Shown: in pieces, positions 48,643-58,672 of the stretch
Layout: each line of letters starts with the position of its first letter
Numbering within the stretch: position 1 is the stretch's first letter
Assembly (NCBI GenBank): GCA_044224875.1
Contig: JBGAJQ010000014.1
Coordinates: 27,350 to 91,349 of the forward strand
Source of the DNA: Gemmatimonadaceae bacterium
GTDB taxonomy: Bacteria > Gemmatimonadota > Gemmatimonadetes > Gemmatimonadales > Gemmatimonadaceae
Direction of reading: 5' to 3'
Length of the DNA stretch: 64,000 bases
Translations under genes and position numbers: made by a program
The notes under the pieces: generated by a model
What the model was told of the DNA's origin: nothing
What the model saw: the letters and a program-made list of their open reading frames with translations, nothing else
Database searches by the model: none

Positions 48643-49158
48643 ATGGAGACGCGCGACCTGCCTTTTTCGGCCTTGTCGGCGCGGTCGAAGACGTTTGTTG
48701 TCGCGATCTCCTTTGTGCTCGTGATCGAGTCGGCCGCGCTGCACGCGCTGCTGCTCAAGCGATGGCCGGCACTATCGCTGGTGTTGGTGCTGCTGAACGC
48801 GTGGACGGTGTGGTGGTTCGCTCGCGACTACCAGGCCGTGGCGAAAGAGCCGACATTGGTACGGGAGTCCGACGTGTTGGTGCGTCTGGGACGCCGCCTG
48901 CAGGGCCGCGTGGGGTACGAATTGGTCGACAGTATCGTGCGTCCCACATGGCAACAGATTCCGGCCAACGGAAGTCCCGGCTACGTGAAGCTGTCGGGAA
49001 CGGACGACCCGAATGTGCTCCTGCACCTCTCGCAGTCCGTGGCGTTCCACGGACCGTTCGGGATCCAGAAGCGCGGGCAGACTGTCGGGTTGCGGCTGGA
49101 TGACCCCGAGCGTTTCGTGAATGTGGTGACCGAGCGACTGGTTGCCCGCCGTATGTGA
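48643..49158 (+). CDS. Hypothetical membrane protein
   Basis: Two TM helices and a soluble domain ending LDDPERFV; starts 5 bp after the kinase gene. Confidence 0.7.
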   Translation: METRDLPFSALSARSKTFVVAISFVLVIESAALHALLLKRWPALSLVLVLLNAWTVWWFARDYQAVAKEPTLVRESDVLVRLGRRLQGRVGYELVDSIVRPTWQQIPANGSPGYVKLSGTDDPNVLLHLSQSVAFHGPFGIQKRGQTVGLRLDDPERFVNVVTERLVARRM

Positions 49159-49206
49159 GCGTTCCTCACACCGTCCGACGCGCGGCGACGTTCAGACCGA
49201 TCGAGG

Positions 49207-49935
49207 TCAGCTGGGGCGCTTGCCGCGTGCGGGTTGCTGGGGTGTCGCTTCCTCCTCGCGTGGAGCGGCGTACTGCATGCGACGCAGGATGATCTCGGCG
49301 CGTCGCGAAGCGATGCCACCCGACGGTGACCAACGCCGGGGCGAAGGGAGAATGGCGGCGAGTCGAGCTGACTCTTCGCGCGTTAGGCGCGCCGCTGGTT
49401 TGTGATAGTAGGTCTGCGCGGCCATTGCCGCTCCGAAGATGCCGTCGCCCCATTCAGCCATGTTCAGATAAAGGTCCAGGATGCGATCCTTGGACAGGCA
49501 CAACTCAAGCACGATCGTCAGCCACGCCTCCAATCCCTTGCGGACAAATGAGCGCCCCTCCCAGAGGAAGAGGTTCTTGGCAACTTGTTGTGTGATGGTG
49601 GATGCACCGCGCAGCTTCTTGCCGCGTTTGCTGGCCTCAATGGCCTTCTCGAGCTCCTCGAAGTCGAAGCCTTCGTGCAGGAAGAAGCGATCGTCCTCGG
49701 ACGCCAGCACGGCCCGATGCAGGTAAGGCGAAATCTGCTGATGGGACACCACGTCCCGCTTGGGGTACACGGGACGCTTGCCTTCGCTCAATCGCTGGAC
49801 GGACCGCCAGATCATGACGGATGTGGTGAACGGCTGCACGAGGTTGAGCGGCAGAATCATCAAGAACGGCCCGACCAGTAACACCAAGAGTCCCCAAAGC
49901 GCGAGGCGGCGGAGGCGTATCAGAATCGGACGCAT
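49207..49935 (-). CDS. mtgA: Monofunctional peptidoglycan transglycosylase
   Basis: GT51 motifs SEDDRFFLHEGFD, RGASTITQQVAKNLFL, RKGLE, YLNMAEWG and LPSP. Confidence 0.95.
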   Translation of the reverse strand: MRPILIRLRRLALWGLLVLLVGPFLMILPLNLVQPFTTSVMIWRSVQRLSEGKRPVYPKRDVVSHQQISPYLHRAVLASEDDRFFLHEGFDFEELEKAIEASKRGKKLRGASTITQQVAKNLFLWEGRSFVRKGLEAWLTIVLELCLSKDRILDLYLNMAEWGDGIFGAAMAAQTYYHKPAARLTREESARLAAILPSPRRWSPSGGIASRRAEIILRRMQYAAPREEEATPQQPARGKRPS

Positions 49936-50070
49936 ACGTCAAAGTCGGATCGCAGCGGAACGGACTCAAGTGGCAATGTGCCATTCGGGTGACAATAGGG
50001 TCGCCGCTCGACGAGGCTGGACGTCGCCGCTAGACTGCGAGGACGCGTTACAACCCTCATTCCGCAATCC

Positions 50071-51312
50071 GTGCAATTGATACCGAGACTCGCGCGACAT
50101 TCGCTCACCGTGGTTGGTGCGCTGCTCCTGACCTCGCGATTTGCGGCCGGACAGGCCACGCCGGCATCCCCGAAACCGTTTCGTCCGGGGATTGAGGTGT
50201 TGCTGACGGATTCGCTGCACCTGGTCCAGGGGAAGCGAGTGGGGCTCATCACGAATCACACGGGCGTGCTGCGTGACGGGCGCACCACCATTGACGCCTT
50301 GGCACACGCGCCGGGCGTGCGCCTAACGGCGCTGTTTGGGCCGGAACACGGGCTGCGCGGAGCGGCCAAGGCTGGCGAGAAGGTAGCCACGGCGATCGAC
50401 TCCGCCACTGGCGTGCCGGCGTACTCGCTGTACGGCGATACGCAGGTCCCGACCCCTGACATGCTGAAGGACGTCGACGTTTTGCTCTACGACATCCAGG
50501 ACGTTGGAGCCCGCACGTATACCTATGAATGGACGATGGCCCTGAGCGCGCAGGCGGCCGGCCGACGCTTCCTCGTACTGGATCGACCGAATCCAATCCG
50601 CGACGATCGCGTGGAAGGCGGTGTGCTCGATCCCAAGTTCCGGTCCTTTGTTGGGCAATTCCCGGTCGCCATGCGATACGGCATGACGCCGGGCGAGCTG
50701 CTGCGATATCTCGTTGGCGTTGGCCAAATCAAGGCAGACGCTGGCGTGGTGCCGATGGATGGGTATCGACGAGATATGTGGTGGACGGACACCCGGCAGG
50801 TTTGGTCGAATCCATCGCCGAACATCCGCACGCTCGACGCCGCGCTTCTCTACACCGGCACCGTGTTCTTTGAAGGCACCAACCTCACCGAGGGCCGTGG
50901 CACCCCGATGCCGTTTCAGCTGATTGGAGCGTCGTGGCTCGGTGATGCTGGGGCGATTGCCAGGGAGCTGAATGCTAGGCGCGTGCCCGGGGTTGTGTTC
51001 GACTCCACGAGCGTCACCGTGGAGGAGGGCTTCAAGTTCGGTGGACAGCGCATTCCGATGGTCGTTATCGCTGTGTCGGATCGGGACCTCGTAGTCCCGC
51101 ATGTGGTCGGATTGCAGCTGCTCAGAACCATCTATCAGCGTCACCCCAAGGAGTTTCAGTGGCGCAAGGACGCGGTTGATCGGTTGGCAGGCTCCGACCG
51201 CCTGCGCGCCGCCGTCGAGACGGAGGGCGGGATCGAGAAGCTGATTGCCATCCTCGACGAGGAGTCGGCTCGGTTTAGCAGGGAAATTGCCCCGTACCTG
51301 ATATACCGCTAA
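50071..51312 (+). CDS. DUF1343 / exo-beta-N-acetylmuramidase NamZ-family protein
   Basis: GLITNHTG, LFGPEHG, SLYG, YDIQDVGARTYTY, LDRPNP and EGRGT motifs; signal peptide. Confidence 0.9.
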   Translation: MQLIPRLARHSLTVVGALLLTSRFAAGQATPASPKPFRPGIEVLLTDSLHLVQGKRVGLITNHTGVLRDGRTTIDALAHAPGVRLTALFGPEHGLRGAAKAGEKVATAIDSATGVPAYSLYGDTQVPTPDMLKDVDVLLYDIQDVGARTYTYEWTMALSAQAAGRRFLVLDRPNPIRDDRVEGGVLDPKFRSFVGQFPVAMRYGMTPGELLRYLVGVGQIKADAGVVPMDGYRRDMWWTDTRQVWSNPSPNIRTLDAALLYTGTVFFEGTNLTEGRGTPMPFQLIGASWLGDAGAIARELNARRVPGVVFDSTSVTVEEGFKFGGQRIPMVVIAVSDRDLVVPHVVGLQLLRTIYQRHPKEFQWRKDAVDRLAGSDRLRAAVETEGGIEKLIAILDEESARFSREIAPYLIYR

Positions 51313-51402
51313 GCCCTGCGGCCTTTGGGGCCGATTCGATGCCCCGCCTCTGCCGGCGGAGCGGCGGCGAAACCTGCCTTGGAGGGCTGCCGTAGTCGGG
51401 GC

Positions 51403-52644
51403 ATGTCGCTCTTTGAGGCCATCCGGCTCGCCCTCGCACAGATCCGCGTCCAGAAGCTGAAAAGCTTCTTCACGCTTCTGGGTGTGACCATTGGGGTGAT
51501 GTTCCTCATCGCGGTCGTGTCGATCGTGCAGGGCATGGGGCGTTACATGGAGGATGATCTGGTCGGAAAGATCATCACCAAGGGTTCGTTCGAGGTTCGC
51601 CGCCGGCCAAACATCAACATGGGCGACGTCGACGAGTCGGTGTGGCGCGAGTACGCGACGCGTCCGAGAATGACCGAAGACGACATTGAGCCTGTCACCG
51701 ACGCGCTTCTCCCTGGCTCACGTTGGGCCGTTGTCGGGTCGGATCCAGTCAGTGTCGAGTCTCGTTATGCGCGGCCGCGGAAACCGTTTCTTAATGCGGT
51801 GTCCGAGCAGTGGATGACCATCAAGAATCTCGGTGTGACCGAGGGGCGATTGATCGCACCCCAGGAGTACGAGACCGGGGCGCACGTGGTGATCATCGGC
51901 GAGGACGTGCGGACCCATTTCTTCCCGGGGCTCAACCCCATTGGTCGCGAACTGAAGATCGCCGACCTCCCGTATACCGTGGTGGGCGTCGCCGAGAAGC
52001 AGGGCAGTGCGTTTGGGCTGTCGATGGACAGCTTCCTCATCGCTCCGTACAAGTCGCCAGCACACCGCCTCGTGAATCGCTTCAAGGTGATCGACGCGAT
52101 CATCGTGCAGTCACCGAATGAAGCGGCCATGCACGTGAACATGGAAAACGTGCAACAGGTGATGCGACAATTGCGCAAGCTGCGCCCGGCCCAGAACGAC
52201 AACTTTGTCCTCGAGACCTCCGACTCAGCGCTCGAGTTCTGGCGCAAGATCCAGGGCTTCCTGGTGTGGGCCGGCATCGCCTTGCCGGCAATCGGCCTGG
52301 TGGTCGGGGCGATCGTCATCATGAACATCATGCTGGTGGCGGTGGCCGAGCGTACGCGCGAGATCGGGGTGCGCAAGGCGTTAGGCGCCCGTCGTCGCGA
52401 TATTCTCAGTCAATTCATCGTGGAATCGACCGTGCTGGCGATCGTCGGTTCGATCCTTGGGATCCTGGCGGGAGCGGGGTTGGCCAAGACCATTTCCGCG
52501 GTGTCGCCGCTCCCCGCTGAAGTTGCCCTGTGGTCCGTCGTGGTGGCGGTGTCCGTTGGTGCAGGCGTCGGGATTGCGGCCGGCGTTTATCCGGCGAGTC
52601 GCGCGTCGCGCCTCGATCCCGTGATTGCCCTGCGCCAGGAGTAG
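51403..52644 (+). CDS. MacB/FtsX-type ABC transporter permease
   Basis: KLKSFFTLLGVTIG, IMNIMLVAVAERTREIGVRKALGA and PASRASRLDP motifs. Confidence 0.92.
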   Translation: MSLFEAIRLALAQIRVQKLKSFFTLLGVTIGVMFLIAVVSIVQGMGRYMEDDLVGKIITKGSFEVRRRPNINMGDVDESVWREYATRPRMTEDDIEPVTDALLPGSRWAVVGSDPVSVESRYARPRKPFLNAVSEQWMTIKNLGVTEGRLIAPQEYETGAHVVIIGEDVRTHFFPGLNPIGRELKIADLPYTVVGVAEKQGSAFGLSMDSFLIAPYKSPAHRLVNRFKVIDAIIVQSPNEAAMHVNMENVQQVMRQLRKLRPAQNDNFVLETSDSALEFWRKIQGFLVWAGIALPAIGLVVGAIVIMNIMLVAVAERTREIGVRKALGARRRDILSQFIVESTVLAIVGSILGILAGAGLAKTISAVSPLPAEVALWSVVVAVSVGAGVGIAAGVYPASRASRLDPVIALRQE

Positions 52645-52646
52645 CG

Positions 52647-53897
52647 ATGCAACTGTCGTCGGGGGTCACGTCGCTCATCGAGGGGATCGCGATTGCCGTG
52701 GATGCGCTGCGCGCCAACAAGGTGCGGGCGGCCCTGACGATACTCGGAATCGCGATTGGTGTGTTCGTGGTCGTGGTGATGTCGGCGGCGATTCACGGCA
52801 TCAATGCGGGTGTGGCCAAGGAGTTTGAGCAGGCGGGCCCGACGACATTCTTTGTGAGTCGCTTTCCGATTTCACTGGAAGCGTGCAGCGACGCCGACGA
52901 GACGAGTTGCAAGTGGCGGAACAACCCACCGTTGCGTCTGACGGAAGCCGCGGCGATTGGCCGGCTGCCGACGGTCAAGGGCATCACGGTTTCGACCGGC
53001 GCCTCCGTGTCCGCGAAATACTTCGATCGGTTTCTGCCCAGCATTCAGGTCGAAGCGCTCACCGCGAACTGGCCGGAGGTCAACGGTGGAGACATCGTAC
53101 AGGGTCGCAATTTCACGACCGCGGAGGAGGCGGGCGCCGCCCGCGTGATCGTGATCAATGACGTGCTGCGCGACCGACTCTTTGGCGAATCAGACCCGAT
53201 CGGCAAGGTCATCGCCATCAACAAGGCGCCATTCGAGGTGGTAGGCCTGTATAAGGAAGCTGGCGGGTTCCTGGGCACCCCGCGCCCACGAGCCGCCGTC
53301 CCGCTCACCACTGGACGTCGCTACCTGAACGCCTGGATCGACTGGATCGAGTTTACCATTCGTCCTCGCACCGGCATTGCGCGCGACGAGGTCATCGACG
53401 ACGTGACCGCGGTGATCCGCGGGGCTCGTGGGATGCACCCCGCACAAGACAACAACTTCGCGGTCATCACCCAGGACAAGTTGTTCGAGACGTGGGGCAA
53501 GATGACCAACGTCTTCTTCCTCGTGATGATCGTCCTGTCGGGAGTGGGATTGATCGTCGGCGGCGTGGGCGTGGTCGCGATCATGATGATCAGTGTGACC
53601 GAGCGTACGCGGGAGATTGGCGTGCGCAAGGCGTTGGGTGCGACCAGACGCGTGATTCTCTGGCAATTCCTGGTGGAGGCGGCGACCCTCACCGCAATTG
53701 GCGCGGTGTGCGGCCTCGTGTTCGGATGGCTGGTGGCGTTCCTCGTGCGCAGTGCCACGCCGATTGCCGCGTCCGTGCCGCCAGCTGCAATCGCGGTGGC
53801 CCTCGGCGCCTCGTGCCTGACGGGTATCCTGTTCGGGTTGTTCCCGGCCAGTCGCGCTGCCAAACTCGACCCGATCTCCGCGCTGCGTTACGAGTAG
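52647..53897 (+). CDS. MacB/FtsX-type ABC transporter permease
   Basis: NKVRAALTILGIAIG, MISVTERTREIGVRKALGA and PASRAAKLDPISALRYE motifs. Confidence 0.92.
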   Translation: MQLSSGVTSLIEGIAIAVDALRANKVRAALTILGIAIGVFVVVVMSAAIHGINAGVAKEFEQAGPTTFFVSRFPISLEACSDADETSCKWRNNPPLRLTEAAAIGRLPTVKGITVSTGASVSAKYFDRFLPSIQVEALTANWPEVNGGDIVQGRNFTTAEEAGAARVIVINDVLRDRLFGESDPIGKVIAINKAPFEVVGLYKEAGGFLGTPRPRAAVPLTTGRRYLNAWIDWIEFTIRPRTGIARDEVIDDVTAVIRGARGMHPAQDNNFAVITQDKLFETWGKMTNVFFLVMIVLSGVGLIVGGVGVVAIMMISVTERTREIGVRKALGATRRVILWQFLVEAATLTAIGAVCGLVFGWLVAFLVRSATPIAASVPPAAIAVALGASCLTGILFGLFPASRAAKLDPISALRYE

Positions 53898-53903
53898 CGC
53901 CGG

Positions 53904-55124
53904 TCAGCTCGCCTTGGCAACACGTGCCTTGCCAGACGGGATCTGCTCCTCTGCCCAGCGCAACGACTCCGCGAACAGTTCTGGCAACTTTTCCGTGGGC
54001 ACATTGAGCTGGCTCGCTTGTTCAGTGGCCGACTCCCACAGGCCAAGCTCGTAGGACTCGATCACCTGCAGCACATCCGCGTAAATCCCCTCCCGCTGCA
54101 ACAGCGCGAGCTTGACCTCATCTGCCAGGTTCACGCGCTCGAGTACCTCGGATAACGGCATCCGGAACACTGCGTCCAGCAGTGAGAACAACCCGACCAG
54201 GAACGCCGTGCCGCGATCACGACCCGCGCCAAAGGCGGCGAGCGATTCCGACAAGTGCGCACGTTGCACGGCCTGACGCACCAGTTCGTCGTCGACTCCG
54301 GATTTCCCCGTGCGCGCTGTATACGACGCCAACGCCAGCCAACGAACCAGGTTGTTGCGCCCCACCAGCCGCAACGCGTGCTGAATGGACGTGATGCCAC
54401 GGCCACCGACCGCCGCGGAATTCACGATGCGGAGTAACTGAAACGTGATCCCCGGGTCTGCGCTCACGACCTTTTCGAGCTCGCGCTCCGACGTCTTGCT
54501 GTCCCGCGCCAGCGCCAGCAATCGAATCGCGGTCGCGGTGGAAGTCGGGATCTCGGCGGCAGGGAGCGGTTCCGGACGGCTGAAGTGCGGTCCCTGAAAT
54601 CCCTCGAAGCCGAGCGCCATACAGTGCTTGTGGACCTTGGCGTCGTTCACGTGATCGGCGATCGCCACTTTCCCCTGCCGCTTGAGTCCCGCAACCAGCG
54701 AGCCGAGCACGGCGGGATCGCTTTCCCGAAGGTCGATGCGCACCAGCTTGGCGTGCGCCAAGAGTGACAACACCGGACTCCCGGCGCCCTTCGGCAGCTT
54801 GAACTCGTCGAGCCCGATCGTCACGCCCGACGCGGTCAGGGCGGTGAGCACTTCCAGCACCTCTGGTTCCGGCGCCAAATCTGGCGCCAGCAGGACCACG
54901 AGTGAGCGAGGATCCGGCGCGTTCACCACGCGCTCTAACAGCTGGTGCCGGGTCACCCGAACGTATGCGGGAAGTCCTGATCGAAAGACGTCGAACGAGC
55001 CACTCAAGTAGCTGCGTGCGAATGGATCGGTCCCGTCGCCGCTATCTCGGAAACGAAGTTCGTAGCCGATAGCGGCGTCTTTGCGATCGAAGATGGGCTG
55101 TCGTACGAGGCAGATATCGGACAT
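53904..55124 (-). CDS. EAL + HDOD domain protein (YuxH/PdeH-like) with degenerate EAL domain
   Basis: RQPIFD, GYELRFR and FQGPHFSRP; HDOD motifs DPGITFQLLRIVNS and FLVGLFSLLDA. Confidence 0.88.
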   Translation of the reverse strand: MSDICLVRQPIFDRKDAAIGYELRFRDSGDGTDPFARSYLSGSFDVFRSGLPAYVRVTRHQLLERVVNAPDPRSLVVLLAPDLAPEPEVLEVLTALTASGVTIGLDEFKLPKGAGSPVLSLLAHAKLVRIDLRESDPAVLGSLVAGLKRQGKVAIADHVNDAKVHKHCMALGFEGFQGPHFSRPEPLPAAEIPTSTATAIRLLALARDSKTSERELEKVVSADPGITFQLLRIVNSAAVGGRGITSIQHALRLVGRNNLVRWLALASYTARTGKSGVDDELVRQAVQRAHLSESLAAFGAGRDRGTAFLVGLFSLLDAVFRMPLSEVLERVNLADEVKLALLQREGIYADVLQVIESYELGLWESATEQASQLNVPTEKLPELFAESLRWAEEQIPSGKARVAKAS

Positions 55125-55298
55125 GTTCGGGATCGAAGACACCTGACCTCGATGAGTATCGGCACGTCCGTCGATGGCCAGTAGCGCTGCACTGCAAACG
55201 GGAGCCGCTGTAACGCTGCGCCACGCGTGTGCGTCCTGATCTATCGGGGTCGCTCTTCGTCACAGGATCCCGTCACCTTTCGTCACCTGAACTCAGCC

Positions 55299-56120
55299 GT
55301 GCCAACGGGCATCCTCACCCCTGACGTCGCACTGACCATCGCAGCGGTTGCGGTGGGGGCGTATGCGTTGGGGAGGCGGAATCGCCGGGCGGTTGGCGTT
55401 GCTTCGCAGGCAAGCGCGCAGAGCGAGCAGAACGCGGCGGCTGATTGGGCGGTCATGAGCGGCGCGAGGGCCTTCGCCTTGGACGCCGTGAGCGAGGCGG
55501 TGCTTATCGTCCAATCTGATGGGCGAGTGCGCGACTGTAACTCGGCTGCACTCGCCCTGTTCCAGCGGCATCGTGGGAGCATTCAGGACGTCTTTGTCCC
55601 CACGCTCCGTTCACTCGAGAAGGATGCCGAGGCCTATCGCATCGCCCGGGAGCGCGGGGTGTGGACGGGAGAGGCATGGGTGAGGTTGCCAGATGGTGCC
55701 GTCACCCTCTGCACCGTGCGACTCGTCCCGCTGCCCGACGGCCGAGGTTCTGTTGGGGCGTATGCCGAGACGTACCGCGATGCGGTCAGTGAGCGCCTCG
55801 CGACGCAGGATCTACGCGACCGTTTGTTCGGCGTTCGTCAGGCAGTGAGCGAACCGACGGACACCGAGCGGGCCGAGGAAGCACTGGTCCGGCTCGGCGA
55901 GTCGTTTCGCGATCTCGAGCTGGCGGTGCAACATTACGAGCATGTTGTTTCGGCACTCCGAATCAGCGACCCAACGACCGAAACGGTTGCTGGACTGGTC
56001 CATGACAGCATGGAAGCAGGAGCCAGCGCCGGTACACAGGCTCTCCTTCGGGAGGTGCCGCAACTCCTTGCTCGGCTTCGAACGCATCTCGATCGGTTGG
56101 AGCGACTGAGCCCGCATTGA
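55299..56120 (+). CDS. Membrane-anchored PAS-domain protein with helical C-terminus
   Basis: TM helix, then LDAVSEAVLIVQSDGRVRDCNSAA and WTGEAWVRLPDG PAS motifs. ORF open from 55227. Confidence 0.7.
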   Translation: MPTGILTPDVALTIAAVAVGAYALGRRNRRAVGVASQASAQSEQNAAADWAVMSGARAFALDAVSEAVLIVQSDGRVRDCNSAALALFQRHRGSIQDVFVPTLRSLEKDAEAYRIARERGVWTGEAWVRLPDGAVTLCTVRLVPLPDGRGSVGAYAETYRDAVSERLATQDLRDRLFGVRQAVSEPTDTERAEEALVRLGESFRDLELAVQHYEHVVSALRISDPTTETVAGLVHDSMEAGASAGTQALLREVPQLLARLRTHLDRLERLSPH

Positions 56121-56296
56121 GACACGTGTGCGCGCGAGTGGCCGGCGCGTACATTAGACGGCGTTCATAGCCTGCTGCCGCAGGATCTGTTGCCCAACAA
56201 CAGGTGAATGCCCCTCGAGCAGGCGTTAGGTTTGCCGAGTTACTGGCGGCCACCGAAATCGTATGGGGCCGCGTGTCACGCGCGACCACGACCTCT

Positions 56297-57997
56297 GTGA
56301 TCATTCCGATACCCGAGAATCCCCAGGCGCTCAGCGGCGCTCGTTGGGAAGACGTAGCCCCGTACTACGAGCGACTGGCCGAGGTCGAAGTCGCCGAGGA
56401 TCAGGTCGGTGAGTGGGTCTCGACGTGGTCGCGCCTCGAGGAGGTTGTGGAGGAAGCGGGCACGCTTGCCGTGATCGCATACACATGCGACACCGGCAAC
56501 AGCGAGAAAGAAGCCGCGAACCTGCGTTGGACTTCTGAGATCTTTCCCAAGGCGGCGGAGCAACAGGTCCGCCTGGCGAAGCGCTTGTTGGGCTTTGGTT
56601 ACACGCAACCTGGGTTGGAGCCGACGCTCCAGAATTTTCGAACGGACATTGAGATCTTCCGCGAGGAGAACGTCGCGCTCTTTTCACAGCTGGAGGAGCT
56701 GACGACGGCGTACCAGAAGATCACGGGCGGCTTGGTGGTGGAGTGGGGCGGTGAACAGAAGACCATTCCCCAACTTGCTCCGTTCCTGAAGGATCCGGAT
56801 CGCGCCATTCGCGAGCGTGCATTCAGGGCCGGCGCCGCGGCGTATCTCGAGCACCAGGCGGAGCTGTCATCGCTGTTCGACCGCATGTTTGAGCTGCGGC
56901 AGCAGATTGCCCGCAATGCCGGCCTGAGCGACTACCAGGCCTATGCGTTCAAGGCCAAGCACCGAGTGGACTATTCGCCGGATGATGTGGCGCGGTTTCA
57001 CGAGGCCGTCGAAGAGACCGTGACTCCGGCGCTGGAGCGCGTGATGGAGTACCGTCGTGCGCACCTGGGAGTATCCGAGCTGCGCCCGTGGGACACCCAG
57101 ATCGAGCTGGACACCACGCGCCCGATGAAGCCGTTCACGGACCTGCCGGGGTTCCTTGATCCTGCGAAGCGCATTTTCCACGCGTTGGATCCGGTGCTGG
57201 GCGCGCAGTTCCAACGAATGGCGGACGAAGGATTGTTGGACTTGGAGAGTCGAGCGGGCAAGGCACCCGGTGGATACTGCACCAAGCTGTCATACCGTGG
57301 CGTGCCGTTCATTTTCATGAACGCGGTTGGCGTGCACGATGACGTCGTGACGTTGGTGCACGAGGCCGGCCATTCGTTTCATGACTTTGCCTCGCATGCG
57401 CAGCCGTTGATCTGGCAGCGCAGCGTGGGGCATGAAGCCGCTGAGCTGGCGTCGATGAGCATGGAGTTGCTCATTGCGCCGCATCTTTCGCGTCCGGTGG
57501 GCTACTACGCGCCAGACGAGTCCCGGGTGGCGCAGATCGAGCAGCTGGAGGACATCCTCACGAGTCTCGCGCATATTGCGAGCGTGGACGCTTTCCAGCG
57601 GTGGATCTACACCAGCGGTGAGGGGCGCGACGCGGCGGCGCGCGACGCCGCGTGGTTGCGGATCCGCGGCCGCTTCGAACGCGGCGTCGATTGGAGTGGG
57701 CTGGATGCCGAGCGCGTGATTCGCTGGTACCGTCAGCTGCACATCTTCGAATACCCCTTCTACTACATCGAGTACGGCATCGCACAGCTGGGCGCTCTGC
57801 AGATCTGGCGCGAGAGCCTGAAGGATCCGGCGGCGGCCGTCGTGCGCTATCGTCGTGCGCTGGCGTTAGGCGGCACGCAGGGACTTCCCGAGATTTACCG
57901 GACGGCGGGCGCGCATCTCGTGTTCGACGCGGCGACCATGCGTGACCTCGTCGCGCTGGTCGAGCGGCGCTTGGGGGAGTTGCGGCAGGGCACCTGA
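56297..57997 (+). CDS. M3-family oligoendopeptidase (PepF-like)
   Basis: RAGKAPGGYC, TLVHEAGH, AELASMSME and HIFEYPFYYIEY motifs. ORF open from 56204. Confidence 0.93.
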   Translation: MIIPIPENPQALSGARWEDVAPYYERLAEVEVAEDQVGEWVSTWSRLEEVVEEAGTLAVIAYTCDTGNSEKEAANLRWTSEIFPKAAEQQVRLAKRLLGFGYTQPGLEPTLQNFRTDIEIFREENVALFSQLEELTTAYQKITGGLVVEWGGEQKTIPQLAPFLKDPDRAIRERAFRAGAAAYLEHQAELSSLFDRMFELRQQIARNAGLSDYQAYAFKAKHRVDYSPDDVARFHEAVEETVTPALERVMEYRRAHLGVSELRPWDTQIELDTTRPMKPFTDLPGFLDPAKRIFHALDPVLGAQFQRMADEGLLDLESRAGKAPGGYCTKLSYRGVPFIFMNAVGVHDDVVTLVHEAGHSFHDFASHAQPLIWQRSVGHEAAELASMSMELLIAPHLSRPVGYYAPDESRVAQIEQLEDILTSLAHIASVDAFQRWIYTSGEGRDAAARDAAWLRIRGRFERGVDWSGLDAERVIRWYRQLHIFEYPFYYIEYGIAQLGALQIWRESLKDPAAAVVRYRRALALGGTQGLPEIYRTAGAHLVFDAATMRDLVALVERRLGELRQGT

Positions 57998-58070
57998 CAC
58001 GGCCGGACCGGAGCCGCGACGTTGGCACGCGAAGCGTGGCGCACGCTCGCCCAACTACCCCCCGCGGACC

Positions 58071-58574
58071 CTACGCCTTGACGGCGGACGCGAGCTGTGC
58101 GGGTGAAACGGCGGAGATGCTGCCCGCCTGTCCCACGACGGCTCGCCGGTGGTAATCGATCTGACCCAGGTGATACGTCAGGTGTGTGGCCAGATGCAAC
58201 AAGAAGTCCAGCGTGTTGAGTCGTACAGTGCCGATGGCCAGTGGATATGGCGCGGCCAGGTCGGCGTCGGTCAACCGTGGCATCGTTGCCGATACCGCGG
58301 ACGCGGCGGCTTCGATCTCGCGGAGCAAGTCCTCGCGCGAGACGTTCCGCCGCGCGAACTCCGCATCGCGATCGCGAACATAGCCGGTGCCCCCAAGCTG
58401 CGCACCGACGTACGCCTGCAGGTTCCCGGCGAGGTGCAACACCAGCGTGCCAGCACAGTTTGGTATGCCCGCCGTGGTCTGCCAGAGTGCCGCGTCGTCG
58501 GGATAGGCCTCCACTTCCCGGCGTAGCGCAGCGAGGTCGCGAGCCAGCATGGTGCCCAGGTAGGTCGTGAGCAT
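58071..58574 (-). CDS. DinB-family protein
   Basis: NCAGTLVLHLAGNL, RDRDAEF and HLATHLTYHLGQ motifs. Confidence 0.85.
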   Translation of the reverse strand: MLTTYLGTMLARDLAALRREVEAYPDDAALWQTTAGIPNCAGTLVLHLAGNLQAYVGAQLGGTGYVRDRDAEFARRNVSREDLLREIEAAASAVSATMPRLTDADLAAPYPLAIGTVRLNTLDFLLHLATHLTYHLGQIDYHRRAVVGQAGSISAVSPAQLASAVKA

Positions 58575-58672
58575 GCCGCACACCTAACGAATTTGAGGAT
58601 GGGGAGTCCGGGTATGAGGGACCAGGACCGTGGTATCTTGCGCAACCGGCGTGCGCCGGACAAAGGTACAGC

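Noticed and set aside
51403..53897. Repeated DNA between the two permease genes (GAGCGTACGCG...GTGCGCAAGGCGTT)
   Set aside because: Explained by the shared ERTREIGVRKALGA protein motif of paralogues.
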